Shown here: positions 41,126-51,047 of the stretch, piece after piece
How positions within the stretch are numbered: the stretch's first letter is position 1
How the letters are laid out: each line of letters starts with the position of its first letter
Source: a virus
DNA length: 52,757 nt
Reading direction: 5' to 3' (one strand)
Virus record (IMG/VR): IMGVR_UViG_3300022930_000003
Program-made: the position numbers and the translations under genes
The notes under the pieces: generated by a model
The model's database searches: none
The model's input: only the letters and a program-made list of their open reading frames with translations
Told to the model about the DNA's origin: nothing

Positions 41126-43021
41126 TTAGAAATTATTGCTTCGCGAGCATTCAACCCATTTTACGCCATCGCAAATCAAAGTAAGAGAGTGGCCGCCAGC
41201 AGTTGAAAAGTTGCCAGCCAAAGTCAAATTCAATCCGTCCGTGACTACCAAACTCGCATTGAATTCCATTGTTATGCGCCGACCAGCAAAACTAGGCGTA
41301 ATGCTGGTAATGGAAGTGCTGCCAGTGATGTAAAAATATTCGCCATCTGGTGGCAAAGTGAGAGTTGCTGCGCTAGCCACCTGTCGAGTGGTGTTGGTAT
41401 CATTGTCATTGATGCGCGTAGTGACAGGAAACGTCGTTGCAATTTGACCCGCCGTATTGCTACGAATTTTATTATTGCTGATAATGTTGCGCGCCTCTGT
41501 GCCGCTTCTATTCACGCCAAATCCAGTGTTTTCGGCAAACACATTACCTACCACAACAGAATCCGTCATGTTGGCAAATTCAGCGCCATCGCCTACATTG
41601 CCGCGCGAAGTGTTTCCGGTGAACGTCAAATATGCACTTGCAGTTCCAGTCCGGAATCCGTCTTGGCTGTTGCCACGCGCCACATTCCCAGTAAATGCAA
41701 CGCCATTACAAGCATCAATTGCATATCCGTTGCCTACATTATTGCGCGAGACATTCCCACTGACTGAGCCGCTATTGCAAGCCTCAATCCAAAATCCACT
41801 CACGCCATTGTTGTAAGCCACATTGTTAGCCATGATGCAGTCATCGCCTACACCGGTATCAGGCCGCATTACAATGCCGTATTGAGTAGCGCCATAAGCG
41901 ATGTTGCCAACCAGAGTAATGCGCTGGCCGCCCATGTGAATGCCGTTATTTAAGCCCCCACGAGTTACATTCCCACTCACAACTACGTTATCAATACCAA
42001 CGTTGTAACCGGTAATGTTGTCCGCTACTTCGATGCCTTGACCATTGTCCCATGCGGCATTACCAACAATTGCGCCATTAGTAGCGGCTCCAATCAAGCC
42101 AATGCCATGAGTTCCATTGAGCCAAGTTCGGTTATTTGAAAATACAAAATGATTTACACCATCGTTTGCAGTAATGCCGGCCAATCCGCAACCAGTAACG
42201 TTGTTGCCACTGATGTCGAAGCCTACAGACGAAGCTCCATTAAGGAAAATTCCGTTGGCAGCGCAATTGAAAATGTAGCAATCAAGGATTGCTACATTCG
42301 TGCAAGGACCAGTCGCAATCCCGTGACCACCTGTGTTGCTACCCTTCGTGCCATCAATCCGAAGGCCCATAATGCGAACGTTGTCTGCGCCATTTGCAAG
42401 TCGAAAAACGTGATTATTAACACCATTGGCAAGAACGATTTGAGCTCCATTTGACACCATGCGGGTACCGCTAGGTATCATCACAGTTGCTCCGATCAGA
42501 TATTGCATCCCTGGCAAATTCGGGATGAAACAATCTTTGGCGGCAGCAAACATTTTAACGAATGCAGGGGCAACATTCATGGTCAAAGTGCCTGCCAAGA
42601 CATCTGCGCGCTCAGCAGGCGTCATGAAATCTTGGGGCGTAACACTAGTGCGAAGCTTTTCATAAACATTTGATGCAACAGCTTGCAAATTAGGATGTTT
42701 ATAGCCGACCAGCGCCGATCCGCCAACAGTAGTAAAGGCGGCAACTGTCGCTGCATCAGCAGATGCGGAATCGGCAGAAATATCCGCAGCAATGGCACTT
42801 GCTTCTGCAATATCTCGTGCAGCGTTTACCTGCGAAAGAATTGAGTCAACGCCTTCATTAATTTCGGCGTCTTTGTTTTTCAGAAACTTTCGAATTGATG
42901 GAACAAGAGGTCCGGTTGATGTTTGATAGTCTTGAGTGTCAGTTCCATTTACCCAAATTTCGACACGCTCGTCGTTACCTTGAAGTCGTTTAATTGCTTG
43001 GTCGAGTGGTACGGTTGCCAT
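41126..43021 (-). CDS. Right-handed parallel beta-helix repeat protein (putative tailspike/depolymerase)
   Basis: Many consecutive repeats of the xNGIxLxGAxxxxIxGNxV type, for example NGIFLNGASSVGFDISGNNVTGCGLAGI and GIGLIGAATNGAIVGNAAWDNGQGI. Confidence 0.8.
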   Translation of the reverse strand: MATVPLDQAIKRLQGNDERVEIWVNGTDTQDYQTSTGPLVPSIRKFLKNKDAEINEGVDSILSQVNAARDIAEASAIAADISADSASADAATVAAFTTVGGSALVGYKHPNLQAVASNVYEKLRTSVTPQDFMTPAERADVLAGTLTMNVAPAFVKMFAAAKDCFIPNLPGMQYLIGATVMIPSGTRMVSNGAQIVLANGVNNHVFRLANGADNVRIMGLRIDGTKGSNTGGHGIATGPCTNVAILDCYIFNCAANGIFLNGASSVGFDISGNNVTGCGLAGITANDGVNHFVFSNNRTWLNGTHGIGLIGAATNGAIVGNAAWDNGQGIEVADNITGYNVGIDNVVVSGNVTRGGLNNGIHMGGQRITLVGNIAYGATQYGIVMRPDTGVGDDCIMANNVAYNNGVSGFWIEACNSGSVSGNVSRNNVGNGYAIDACNGVAFTGNVARGNSQDGFRTGTASAYLTFTGNTSRGNVGDGAEFANMTDSVVVGNVFAENTGFGVNRSGTEARNIISNNKIRSNTAGQIATTFPVTTRINDNDTNTTRQVASAATLTLPPDGEYFYITGSTSITSITPSFAGRRITMEFNASLVVTDGLNLTLAGNFSTAGGHSLTLICDGVKWVECSRSNNF

Positions 43022-43023
43022 AT

Positions 43024-43500
43024 TTAATATCCGTGACTAGGTATGGTGATGTTGACGAGAGTGTCTAGTAAATCTTCTACTTCAATAAACTGGGCAAAGG
43101 TTAGCCCCGAACCATCAATTGCATTAGCCGCCGGAGAATATCCAGAAGGACGACCGTTGAAATTGACAATGCCAAATCTTGTCGAGCAATTGAAGTCGTT
43201 TGTTAATTTGCGAGTGGGCCTGTCAAATGTGTATTCAAAGGAATCTATTTTGTCAACGTCTCGAACTTCCAATATTGACTTTTTTAATGCGCTAATGCCG
43301 CCAGTCAAAGACACTTGCTTCCCAAGAATCGATTCTAGATAAGGAGTGCCAAACTCAGTATCCAAAAACCATTCGCCTACCCACAATCCTAATTTGATTG
43401 ATAATTGCTGCCTGACCCTATCAGCGCCCTTAACAATCGACAGATTTAAATTGTCGATTGCAAGGTCACCGGTTAGCGGGTCAATGTAAATGTCATCCAT
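43024..43500 (-). CDS. Baseplate wedge protein (gp25/W- or XkdS-like)
   Basis: MDDIYIDPLTGDLAI...VRQQLSIKLGLWVGEWFLDTEFGTPY. It lies between the spike and the J module. Confidence 0.55.
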   Translation of the reverse strand: MDDIYIDPLTGDLAIDNLNLSIVKGADRVRQQLSIKLGLWVGEWFLDTEFGTPYLESILGKQVSLTGGISALKKSILEVRDVDKIDSFEYTFDRPTRKLTNDFNCSTRFGIVNFNGRPSGYSPAANAIDGSGLTFAQFIEVEDLLDTLVNITIPSHGY

Positions 43501-43506
43501 GCCTGA

Positions 43507-44235
43507 TTATACAACGACACCACTTGTAGAGCCGACTTGCGCAGCGGTATCTTTATGGCGATGGCTTTCATCAATGCGCTTACCATTAGCAGTCACTTGA
43601 CCTATGATATTCATATTGCCAGTGAAGTTTGCAGTGCCTCCGCCTGGGAGCGATCCAGTAATTGCCATGCCGCTCATGCCGGTAATGGTGCCTGTTACAG
43701 TCAAATATTTGGCAATGGTTTGATACCCTGCTACGGTTTGATTGCCTGTATATTCATTATTTGGCGATACAGTTTTGGTGCCACCTGGGGCATTAATCTC
43801 CATGCGACCATCCGCCGTAAGCTTGATGAATGCAGAGCCAAACCACATGACCATATCTTCATTATTAGCCCCCTGTAGCGATTGGCCGTTGCCACAGGGG
43901 ATAGCGTAGGCGTCAGACAAGTCGAAACGCCTATCGTCATCTGTGCCGTCTAGTGCTTGCTGTGCGAAGACAATCAGCACCTTGTCCCCTGCACGAATCG
44001 GTCCTTTGATCCCGCACTTGCCGCCATTAAACGAAGGCCATCGCACAGGCACGTTTGGAATGTTTGGGAACTCAAGCACATCACCATCTGCAAAACGCTT
44101 ACTTGCCAAAGGCTTGATTGTGGCAAGCCCATTCGAGTAACTTACCACCTCGCCATTTAATGAGGTATTCATTTCTGCCAATTCGCCCTGTACCAATGCG
44201 CGAATGGCAGATACCATGTCCGATTGTTCTGCCAT
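43507..44235 (-). CDS. Baseplate central spike (gpV / Mu gp45 / Gp138-N-like)
   Basis: GEVVSY...ATIKPL...FPNIPNVPVRWPSFNGG...GDKVLIVF OB-fold pattern. The C-terminal beta-helical repeats end with an SHRH apex motif. Confidence 0.72.
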   Translation of the reverse strand: MAEQSDMVSAIRALVQGELAEMNTSLNGEVVSYSNGLATIKPLASKRFADGDVLEFPNIPNVPVRWPSFNGGKCGIKGPIRAGDKVLIVFAQQALDGTDDDRRFDLSDAYAIPCGNGQSLQGANNEDMVMWFGSAFIKLTADGRMEINAPGGTKTVSPNNEYTGNQTVAGYQTIAKYLTVTGTITGMSGMAITGSLPGGGTANFTGNMNIIGQVTANGKRIDESHRHKDTAAQVGSTSGVVV

Positions 44236-45164
44236 TAGATGAACCTCACATTAATTTCGGTTTCCCATTCGCGACCATGGGTATCTCCTTGGTGCGTAAC
44301 TTTTTCTATCTTGAAAAAATTGTTGATGCCTTCTGCCTCAACCTTAACAACCTCGCCCGGAATCAAAGTAGGCTGCAACTCAGAAATTACTTTGTAACCA
44401 TGAACCTCTAAGCGATCTTTTGGTTCCTTGCCGCTAGCCAATAGCTTATCTGATTTCTTCACGATAACGCCGTCGCTTTTGGTGGTAATGCCTTGCTTTG
44501 CCGCCAATTTGTCGCTCATGGTTTTAGCTTCTAGCTCTGGCGATCCGATCATGCCAGTCTCAGGAGATAAAACAATTGCAGTTTTGGCGGTTGCACCACC
44601 CTTCTTTATGACTTGAATTTCTTGATTTTGAATCGACCATTCAAGACCAAGGTAATTGCATACTTTACCCATAGCATCACGTACACGCCCTACTGCTGGA
44701 AATCCATTTGGATAAATCTTTTGCGGAATATCATCAGGCATGCGCCGCACCGGAAGGCCGAATTGATCCGCAATAAAATTGAGTACGTCCATTGCCTTTG
44801 TTCCTGGCTTGAAACTGGTGGTTAGTTTTGTATCGCGGTAGGCTATAAGTCCGTCGTCAAGCTCCAATTCAGTAACCCAATCTGGACCCTCTCTAACGGT
44901 TATGGAGCGCCTCACTACGCCCACGAATATTGTCAATGGCCCTTTGTCCTGCGAATAGCCCGCCTTAAGTATCAGAGCGTTATTAGGCGTCTCCACTAGT
45001 TTGCGCGAAGACAAGGACAAGTTGTAAATTCGAACAGTGGAGGTGTTCAGCGTCTCGGTCAACGTCTTTTCAATGGAAAAGGAGAATCGCAAATCCTTAA
45101 TCAGAATTCCATCTTTTCCTGATTGTCCAACGATAAGTTCCGCGACGCGGTTAAATAATGCCAT
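44235..45164 (-). CDS. Baseplate hub protein (XkdQ/gpD-like)
   Basis: 309 aa, in the expected position upstream of the spike. Confidence 0.55.
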   Translation of the reverse strand: MALFNRVAELIVGQSGKDGILIKDLRFSFSIEKTLTETLNTSTVRIYNLSLSSRKLVETPNNALILKAGYSQDKGPLTIFVGVVRRSITVREGPDWVTELELDDGLIAYRDTKLTTSFKPGTKAMDVLNFIADQFGLPVRRMPDDIPQKIYPNGFPAVGRVRDAMGKVCNYLGLEWSIQNQEIQVIKKGGATAKTAIVLSPETGMIGSPELEAKTMSDKLAAKQGITTKSDGVIVKKSDKLLASGKEPKDRLEVHGYKVISELQPTLIPGEVVKVEAEGINNFFKIEKVTHQGDTHGREWETEINVRFI

Positions 45165-45165
45165 T

Positions 45166-45525
45166 TCAGATTTCCGGTACTAATGGGAGTGGGTAGACAA
45201 GTGGAATTTCATCGTCATAATAGAACAAACCGTAAGTGTCTTTGCCAATATCATCAAATGTTGGTCGGTATTTCTTTCCTCCACGGTGCAAGAAATACAG
45301 ATTCCCAGCAAATGGAAATGCGTATTCAGAGCGAATCAATGGGTAACCTGCGACCATCTTTGCATTGGTGATTATGTCCTCTCCGCCTTTTTCCGCAATC
45401 GACAATGAGAAATATTGGAACCTCTCGTTCCAAAGCACGCGAAAACTATAAGGAACATCCTCTATCACCAGATCAAGTGTCTGATCTGCTGAATCTGGCG
45501 TTAGTGGAATTTCAAAGAAAATCAT
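45166..45525 (-). CDS. Tail/baseplate assembly protein
   Basis: I prefer the ATG at 45525 (MIFFEIPLTPD...). Confidence 0.45.
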   Translation of the reverse strand: MIFFEIPLTPDSADQTLDLVIEDVPYSFRVLWNERFQYFSLSIAEKGGEDIITNAKMVAGYPLIRSEYAFPFAGNLYFLHRGGKKYRPTFDDIGKDTYGLFYYDDEIPLVYPLPLVPEI

Positions 45526-45526
45526 A

Positions 45527-46231
45527 TCAACCTTTAATAGAATTTGCGATTGATGCAGCGGCATTTTTAGCCGCCTCTAATGCCTTTGGCACAGTGTTTG
45601 AAAGAATGCTTCCATTGTCCGCCTTGCTTCCCGTAGTGCTGGTTCCACCTGTTGGTTGCTTTGCACCGCCCGTTTTCTGCGGATCAGTTTTTTTCTTCAC
45701 CGCGTCAGTAGATTTCTTGTCTACTTTTTTACTGATCCCGGGCGGAACTTTTACAGTTTGTGTGCTTACAATCCTAATGTTGGTGAATTCCACTGAAAAC
45801 TGGATGGAATCACCATTGGCCGATGATCGAGGAATGCCAATCGATGATATTGCCATGTCCGTATAAGTTCGGTACTTGGTATAAACGATCAACGTTTGAC
45901 GGTCTTCGAACATATTGCGCAACAGATTAAACGTCAGTTGCGTGGTCGTCTCAGTTTGGGATTCCTGGGACTGATTGACAATGCGGCGCGTTACATTGTC
46001 ATAGAATGATCCAGTTAGCGACGAGTCACTAACCATTGCTGTGACACGAAATCTGTCAGGGTTTAACAGAATGTGATCAGCAACAGGCGATCCCACTTCC
46101 ACTGGATTGGTGGTGATATCAGCTGACCATTCGTGTGCCTCTTCTATCAATACGTCAAATTCCAAGGATGCAATTCCTTGAAACCTCACCGTAGGTCGCT
46201 TATCGTCGTACAGAATTCCCAAATTGATCAT
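45527..46231 (-). CDS. Tail protein downstream of the tape measure (distal-tail/DNA-circulation-like)
   Basis: 234 aa; the start overlaps the tape measure stop. Lys/Thr/Gly-rich C-terminal tail. Confidence 0.5.
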   Translation of the reverse strand: MINLGILYDDKRPTVRFQGIASLEFDVLIEEAHEWSADITTNPVEVGSPVADHILLNPDRFRVTAMVSDSSLTGSFYDNVTRRIVNQSQESQTETTTQLTFNLLRNMFEDRQTLIVYTKYRTYTDMAISSIGIPRSSANGDSIQFSVEFTNIRIVSTQTVKVPPGISKKVDKKSTDAVKKKTDPQKTGGAKQPTGGTSTTGSKADNGSILSNTVPKALEAAKNAAASIANSIKG

Positions 46232-48159
46232 TGCAGTTGTCCCATTTGACGTGCCAGAGGACCAAACGACGAGTCCGCAGCTTTAGTTGTTGCATCCTTT
46301 GCTGCCTTAGCAGTTTCAGCAGTTGTTCCCGCTGGCAAGGTTTGGTACACATTAACGCTCATAGCAGGCTTGGGTACATTAAACATAGGTTGCGCAACCC
46401 CACCAGCCGACGTCGCAGCCCCGGCCACAGCCTGGGGGCTAATGGCAGGTGGAGGTGTAAATTTATTTAAAGGCTGAGTTTCATTATTTCCTATTCCCAT
46501 GATTTTTTTCAAAGGCGGAGGAATAACCATTGTCGCCAATCCAATACTCGCATCAATAGCAAGATCAAGAGCGCCAGACAGTTTGCTTTTTAGGTAAGCC
46601 ATACCCGCATCTGTGGCGGCGCTAAAAGCATTTGAAATTGATTCAACGATCACGTTTTTAACGTAGTCGAAATAAGCCTTAAACATAGTTCCTACGCTCA
46701 TCAAGAACAGCAGAACGCCAGCCTTTACCGACGTCCATACACCCTCGAATACATCAACCAAACCCGAAACAATTTGCCCCAAGCCTTCATACATCATCTC
46801 AAAATCAGCAGTGAAAAAGCCAACAAGGATTTTAAAAGCGCCTGAGATAACGTCAAAAATTCCAAAGAAAATCTTGATGAGTCCAGAAAATATATTGCCA
46901 ATTTGCTGGGCGATCCACGTAAATGGAGTTACATCGTAAAAATAATTGAAAAGCCTTTCAATCAATGCAATAAACTTGGTCATGACTCCACCATCGAAGG
47001 CGGCGACAATTCCGTTTTTCATTTCAATCAGCTTGCTGGTAAATTCTCCGATTGTTCCGGTGGTGAAAAACTCAATGGCAGAAGCTTTAAATTTATCAAA
47101 CCGTTTTTGACCGTCTCCAAACGTACCAAAGAAGTCACCAATGATTGACTTGCCACCCTTCATCCAAGTATTAAAGTCGTCTAGCGCCAATCCTACGAGT
47201 GTCAGTCCAACAACCAAGAGGCCAATAGGCGACAAGATCAGGCCAATGATCCCAGCCACAGCTTTAAAGAGAATCGGCGTGAAAACAGCAGCGAGTGCAA
47301 TTCCGAAAAACTTAATGGTGTTGGTTGCGCCTCCGAAGAAGTCCACCATGTTATCCATGCCAATTTCAATCTTCTTGAAACCGTCAACAAAAAATTGAGC
47401 AATAGCAGTTACAGCGCCAGATTCTCTATTCATTCGCGCAATGAATGTTGCAAATCGATTGCCGATAAGGGTGAATGCCTGCCCAATATTGATTGGCATC
47501 GACAAAAATTGCCTCTCCACGTCATCGTGGATTTTCTGGAAGCCCAAGATCAAATCTTGAGTAGTTACCTTGCCCTGTGAGGCAAGCTTCTTTAGTTGGT
47601 CACGTGGCTTACCCATTGCCACTGCCAAGGCGTCAAGCAACTGAGGCGCTCCCTCGGCCATGGAATTAAATTCCTGGCCCTGAAGGACCCCTGAGCCTAG
47701 CGCCTGTGACAACTGAGTCATTACCGACGATGATTCTTGCGCCGATGCGCCGCCTACAATCAGACCCTTTGCAATCGTATCGGTGATTCCTAAAACAGCA
47801 TCTTGAGTTTTTAGGTAACCTTTTGCCGCATGTCCAATTCGGACATACAGCTTTGCATATTCTTTGATGGGTTGGCGAGCATCACTAGCATGCTGAGATA
47901 CTTCATTAAAAGCCTCTCCAATGTCGCCAATGGTCTGAGGCAAAAGCTTAATTCGAGCCTCAAGATTCTGCATTTCATCGGCTATCTTGGTGATTCCACC
48001 TAGGGCCGCACCTGCTGCAACCAATGCAAACAAGCCTTGCATAGCATTGGAGGCTCTTTGTGCCGAATTATGAATATTGTTGATGGTCTGGTTATAGATA
48101 ATGAGGTTTCCATTATCAATCCGAAATCCCAGCAGCGTAATTAATTCACGTACGATCAT
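46228..48159 (-). CDS. Tape measure protein
   Basis: Long helical protein with hydrophobic central segments, downstream of the chaperone pair. I prefer the ATG at 48159 (AAGGAA RBS, after the hairpin); the alternative is 48210. Confidence 0.82.
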   Translation of the reverse strand: MIVRELITLLGFRIDNGNLIIYNQTINNIHNSAQRASNAMQGLFALVAAGAALGGITKIADEMQNLEARIKLLPQTIGDIGEAFNEVSQHASDARQPIKEYAKLYVRIGHAAKGYLKTQDAVLGITDTIAKGLIVGGASAQESSSVMTQLSQALGSGVLQGQEFNSMAEGAPQLLDALAVAMGKPRDQLKKLASQGKVTTQDLILGFQKIHDDVERQFLSMPINIGQAFTLIGNRFATFIARMNRESGAVTAIAQFFVDGFKKIEIGMDNMVDFFGGATNTIKFFGIALAAVFTPILFKAVAGIIGLILSPIGLLVVGLTLVGLALDDFNTWMKGGKSIIGDFFGTFGDGQKRFDKFKASAIEFFTTGTIGEFTSKLIEMKNGIVAAFDGGVMTKFIALIERLFNYFYDVTPFTWIAQQIGNIFSGLIKIFFGIFDVISGAFKILVGFFTADFEMMYEGLGQIVSGLVDVFEGVWTSVKAGVLLFLMSVGTMFKAYFDYVKNVIVESISNAFSAATDAGMAYLKSKLSGALDLAIDASIGLATMVIPPPLKKIMGIGNNETQPLNKFTPPPAISPQAVAGAATSAGGVAQPMFNVPKPAMSVNVYQTLPAGTTAETAKAAKDATTKAADSSFGPLARQMGQLQ

Positions 48160-48172
48160 CTTGTTTCCTTGT

Positions 48173-48201
48173 AAAAAAAGCCGGTCATTTCCGGCTTTTT
48201 T
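48173..48201 (-). terminator. Terminator-like hairpin between the chaperone -1 frame and the tape measure start
   Basis: The minus strand reads AAAAAAGCCGGaaatgaCCGGCTTTTTTT. The -1 frame stop TGA lies in the loop. Confidence 0.45.
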
Positions 48202-48448
48202 CTTGTCCATATGCTTGGTACGCGTCTGACATATCCAAGAGTGCGTTTAGCTTCATTAATTGCTCAATCCCAACCAATCCACTTAACACACCCTCAATTG
48301 TACATTTACCCGCTAGAATCGGACGCCATATCCAAAGTTCATCTTCTAATTCTTTAGATATTTTTCCAGCGCTGCTGTAGTCTATTCCGTCAGTTTTGGC
48401 GCGCCAGCGGCCTGGAGTCCAAAGCGGCCCGCCAGCTTGGTAAAAAAA
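48185..48448 (-). CDS. -1 frame extension of the tail assembly chaperone (GT-like fusion)
   Basis: Slippery heptamer T_TTT_TTT in the zero frame (GGT TTT TTT ACC, 48450-48439). The -1 frame is open for 85 codons to TGA 48187-48185. Confidence 0.55.
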   Translation of the reverse strand, partial: FFYQAGGPLWTPGRWRAKTDGIDYSSAGKISKELEDELWIWRPILAGKCTIEGVLSGLVGIEQLMKLNALLDMSDAYQAYGQEKSRK

Positions 48449-48807
48449 CCGGCGAAGTTGTACTTCAGTACCTCAAAAATCAATTCGTACATGTCTGCCA
48501 AGCCATCGGCATCGCCAAATACCTTGTTGATTGCTTTATCTGAATCAATTTTGCAATCATGTTCTTTGCTTGAAACCACTGCTAACCTAAACATTGGAAG
48601 AATAATGTCAGTCATAACCGTTTCATCAAGCTTTTCAGAGATGACGGCAAACAAGTCCTTAACATCTTGATTCTGGTTCATCCCTCCAAGAACTGGCAAG
48701 ATCAGCTTTTGCAGCTTCAGGATAATTCCATTTGCTGGAAATGCGGCAATCTTTGATGCGTAATACTCATTGCCGTTAATTACAAAAGTTTCTCGTTGAA
48801 TTTCCAT
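48382..48807 (-). CDS. Tail assembly chaperone (G-like)
   Basis: 141-aa acidic ORF between the tube and tape measure genes. Confidence 0.65.
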   Translation of the reverse strand: MEIQRETFVINGNEYYASKIAAFPANGIILKLQKLILPVLGGMNQNQDVKDLFAVISEKLDETVMTDIILPMFRLAVVSSKEHDCKIDSDKAINKVFGDADGLADMYELIFEVLKYNFAGFFTKLAGRFGLQAAGAPKLTE

Positions 48808-48834
48808 GTTTTTTCTCGTGATGGGTTAGTTAAA

Positions 48835-49263
48835 TTAATACGACATCGAAATATCAGCTGCCTGGATTACCCAGGTATTCTCCGAAATATCTTTACCTCG
48901 GGTCCAATCTGGTGCAGTCTTAAGCCAGCACTTGCTAGCCGTCAAAAGGCCACGGCCAGAAAGATCAGCTACGCCAACCGGGATTGGGTTGTCCACTCCG
49001 CCAATGAGCGACAAATTAAACAGTGCGCTCAACTCAGAGTTTGCCAAGCTAGTGTGCGCTAATACAATCTCAATTGTCCCAGTGCGACTAGCAGTCTTGG
49101 TACGGCCTACCTCCCCATCTGCGCCCGTCATCATACCGTAACGGTCTTCGTCATATTTGGCGGTAATAAAATCGCCATCAGCAAATCCGCTCACGATCAC
49201 ACCGCCAACAGTCACAATTACCTGTTCGGCGGAATAAGTACCTTGGAAATCACCTGCACTCAT
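48835..49263 (-). CDS. Tail tube protein (DUF3277-like)
   Basis: 142 aa, directly after the sheath gene. The sequence pattern resembles DUF3277. Confidence 0.68.
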   Translation of the reverse strand: MSAGDFQGTYSAEQVIVTVGGVIVSGFADGDFITAKYDEDRYGMMTGADGEVGRTKTASRTGTIEIVLAHTSLANSELSALFNLSLIGGVDNPIPVGVADLSGRGLLTASKCWLKTAPDWTRGKDISENTWVIQAADISMSY

Positions 49264-49275
49264 TTAATATCTCCC

Positions 49276-50607
49276 TTAAGCCGCGATTGGATCATACGAC
49301 AGCGAACCGGTAATGTCGGCCACATGAATAGCACCGGCTACACGCGCATTGAATTTGAAATACACAACACGGCTTGCTTTGGTGACCGAATCAACATCAG
49401 AGGCGCGAGGAACTTCAACGTTCCAGCCTGGATTCGGATCTCCATCAGCATTGGTTTCGTCCGGGGCAATGCCGCCAACACGCTGACCCTCGCGCAGAGA
49501 AGCGCGCAAGTTATTTGCCAGCAGTTGAATGCCGCCATCGGTGTAAGGAACTTTATCACGGTTGATCATCAATTGAACCATGCTGGTCTGAATGTAGTCC
49601 TTCAGCCAGTCACGGAAACGGATGATGTCGATCCACTCGCCCGAAACAACCTTGCCAGGATTGGTCAAGGCCAGGGTGTCGGAGTAGCGCTCAAAAGTGT
49701 TGCCGCCCTTGGCAAAAATGGTAGTGCGATCAGTTTCCGACAGATTGTCAGAAGTGATGCTTGCCAGCTTTTTGAGCGCCCACGTTTCGCCGCCCGGAGC
49801 AATCGACAAGCAACGTGCAGCCCATGCCACATCAGCAAATTCAGTCAGGGCCATGCTGTGATAAGCAATCGCGGTACGGAAATAACCAAGCGATTTAAGC
49901 GTGCTGATGATGTCCGTGGTGGTGGCCGAAACCAGAATTCCAGCCTCCGAAGAAGCGGTAACAAACAGCTTGTCCTGGGTTTCAATCCATTCGGCAGCGT
50001 CAAGCACGCGCTGCTTAGTGCGCTCGGTCATGTGCAAGACATACCAGCTACTATCAGCCGCCTGAATCGCCCCGAGATCGCTATCAACTATGCCAGTGGT
50101 AGCCGATGGGGTGATGACATCCCACTTGATTTTGGTGAAAGTCGTAACCGGGATAATCGCGCCTGGGAACGTCAACTCCACCGCGCCAGCTACAGCCGTG
50201 GCAGTAACGCCGACAGCAGCAGTGTTGATAGCCGTGGCAAGTTGAGTTGCAATGGTCGCGGTAGTTGGCGAAGCAGCAGCAGTAACGGTGATTAGCGTGG
50301 TGCCAAGCTTAAGCGAATACACAGCACTTGCAACGGCATCAACCGGAGCAATAGCCGCTTTCGCAATGGACAAGCGACCAACTTTTACGCGCGATGGCTT
50401 CGGAGTCTGCGCAAAAGCATCAGACAGGGCAACCATTACAGACGGCGGTAGATTGTCAGGATTGCTCGAATCATAGGCCGTATATGTACGGGTTCGCTCA
50501 GCAAACGATGCCAATGGACTTGCGATCAATGCAATGCCAATCGCTCGCGGAATCGAACTCGTGTTGAGACTGATTTTGACATTAACAATGTCGGCAAGAG
50601 TACCCAT
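49276..50607 (-). CDS. Tail sheath protein (DUF3383-like)
   Basis: I prefer the ATG at 50607 (MGTLADIVNVKISL..., AGGAA RBS); about 443 aa. Confidence 0.7.
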   Translation of the reverse strand: MGTLADIVNVKISLNTSSIPRAIGIALIASPLASFAERTRTYTAYDSSNPDNLPPSVMVALSDAFAQTPKPSRVKVGRLSIAKAAIAPVDAVASAVYSLKLGTTLITVTAAASPTTATIATQLATAINTAAVGVTATAVAGAVELTFPGAIIPVTTFTKIKWDVITPSATTGIVDSDLGAIQAADSSWYVLHMTERTKQRVLDAAEWIETQDKLFVTASSEAGILVSATTTDIISTLKSLGYFRTAIAYHSMALTEFADVAWAARCLSIAPGGETWALKKLASITSDNLSETDRTTIFAKGGNTFERYSDTLALTNPGKVVSGEWIDIIRFRDWLKDYIQTSMVQLMINRDKVPYTDGGIQLLANNLRASLREGQRVGGIAPDETNADGDPNPGWNVEVPRASDVDSVTKASRVVYFKFNARVAGAIHVADITGSLSYDPIAA

Positions 50608-50756
50608 TTCTGGAATTCCTATAGGTGTTTTAGGTGGAACCAATTATACATGCAAAGTCTATAGCTATTGCCTGACGGAGATACAACATTCGAAATGCGG
50701 TTATTTATTTTGTGATCATGTTTGATACAATAACAACACACCAACAGAGGACTATT

Positions 50757-51047
50757 ATGTCTGCCTACATCTTAATTCCTGCGCAAACAACCAGCGCAAT
50801 TTCCCCTCAATTTACCGTCACGCCAAATGTCGAGGCGTTTATTACTGCAAATGGATTGGCTTCCACAGAAAACATTATGGTTCAAGTGTGGGATACCTGC
50901 CATGCAAATTGGTTTGATTTGATTTTGGACGGCGTAAAGCAAGCTTTGGACATGAACACGAATGTTCTTGGCGTAATGGGAAGCGGAGTTTATCGCTTAG
51001 TCAAATCTGTAACGGTTGCGCCCGTTGGCGCGGCATTGGAGCGATGA
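50757..51047 (+). CDS. Hypothetical protein partnered with the collagen-like gene
   Basis: ATG at 50757 after AGAGGA. ATGATGA overlap with the next gene. Confidence 0.5.
   Translation: MSAYILIPAQTTSAISPQFTVTPNVEAFITANGLASTENIMVQVWDTCHANWFDLILDGVKQALDMNTNVLGVMGSGVYRLVKSVTVAPVGAALER

Noticed and set aside
48391-48399. CCAAAAC near the chaperone stop as the frameshift site
   Set aside because: It is not a canonical X_XXY_YYZ heptamer in frame. The in-frame T_TTT_TTT at 48442-48448 upstream feeds the same -1 frame and is far more plausible.
49243-50295. 350-aa plus-strand ORF
   Set aside because: It is entirely antisense to the sheath gene. Its composition is Arg/Ser/Asn-rich junk, it has no RBS, and it has no same-strand neighbours.
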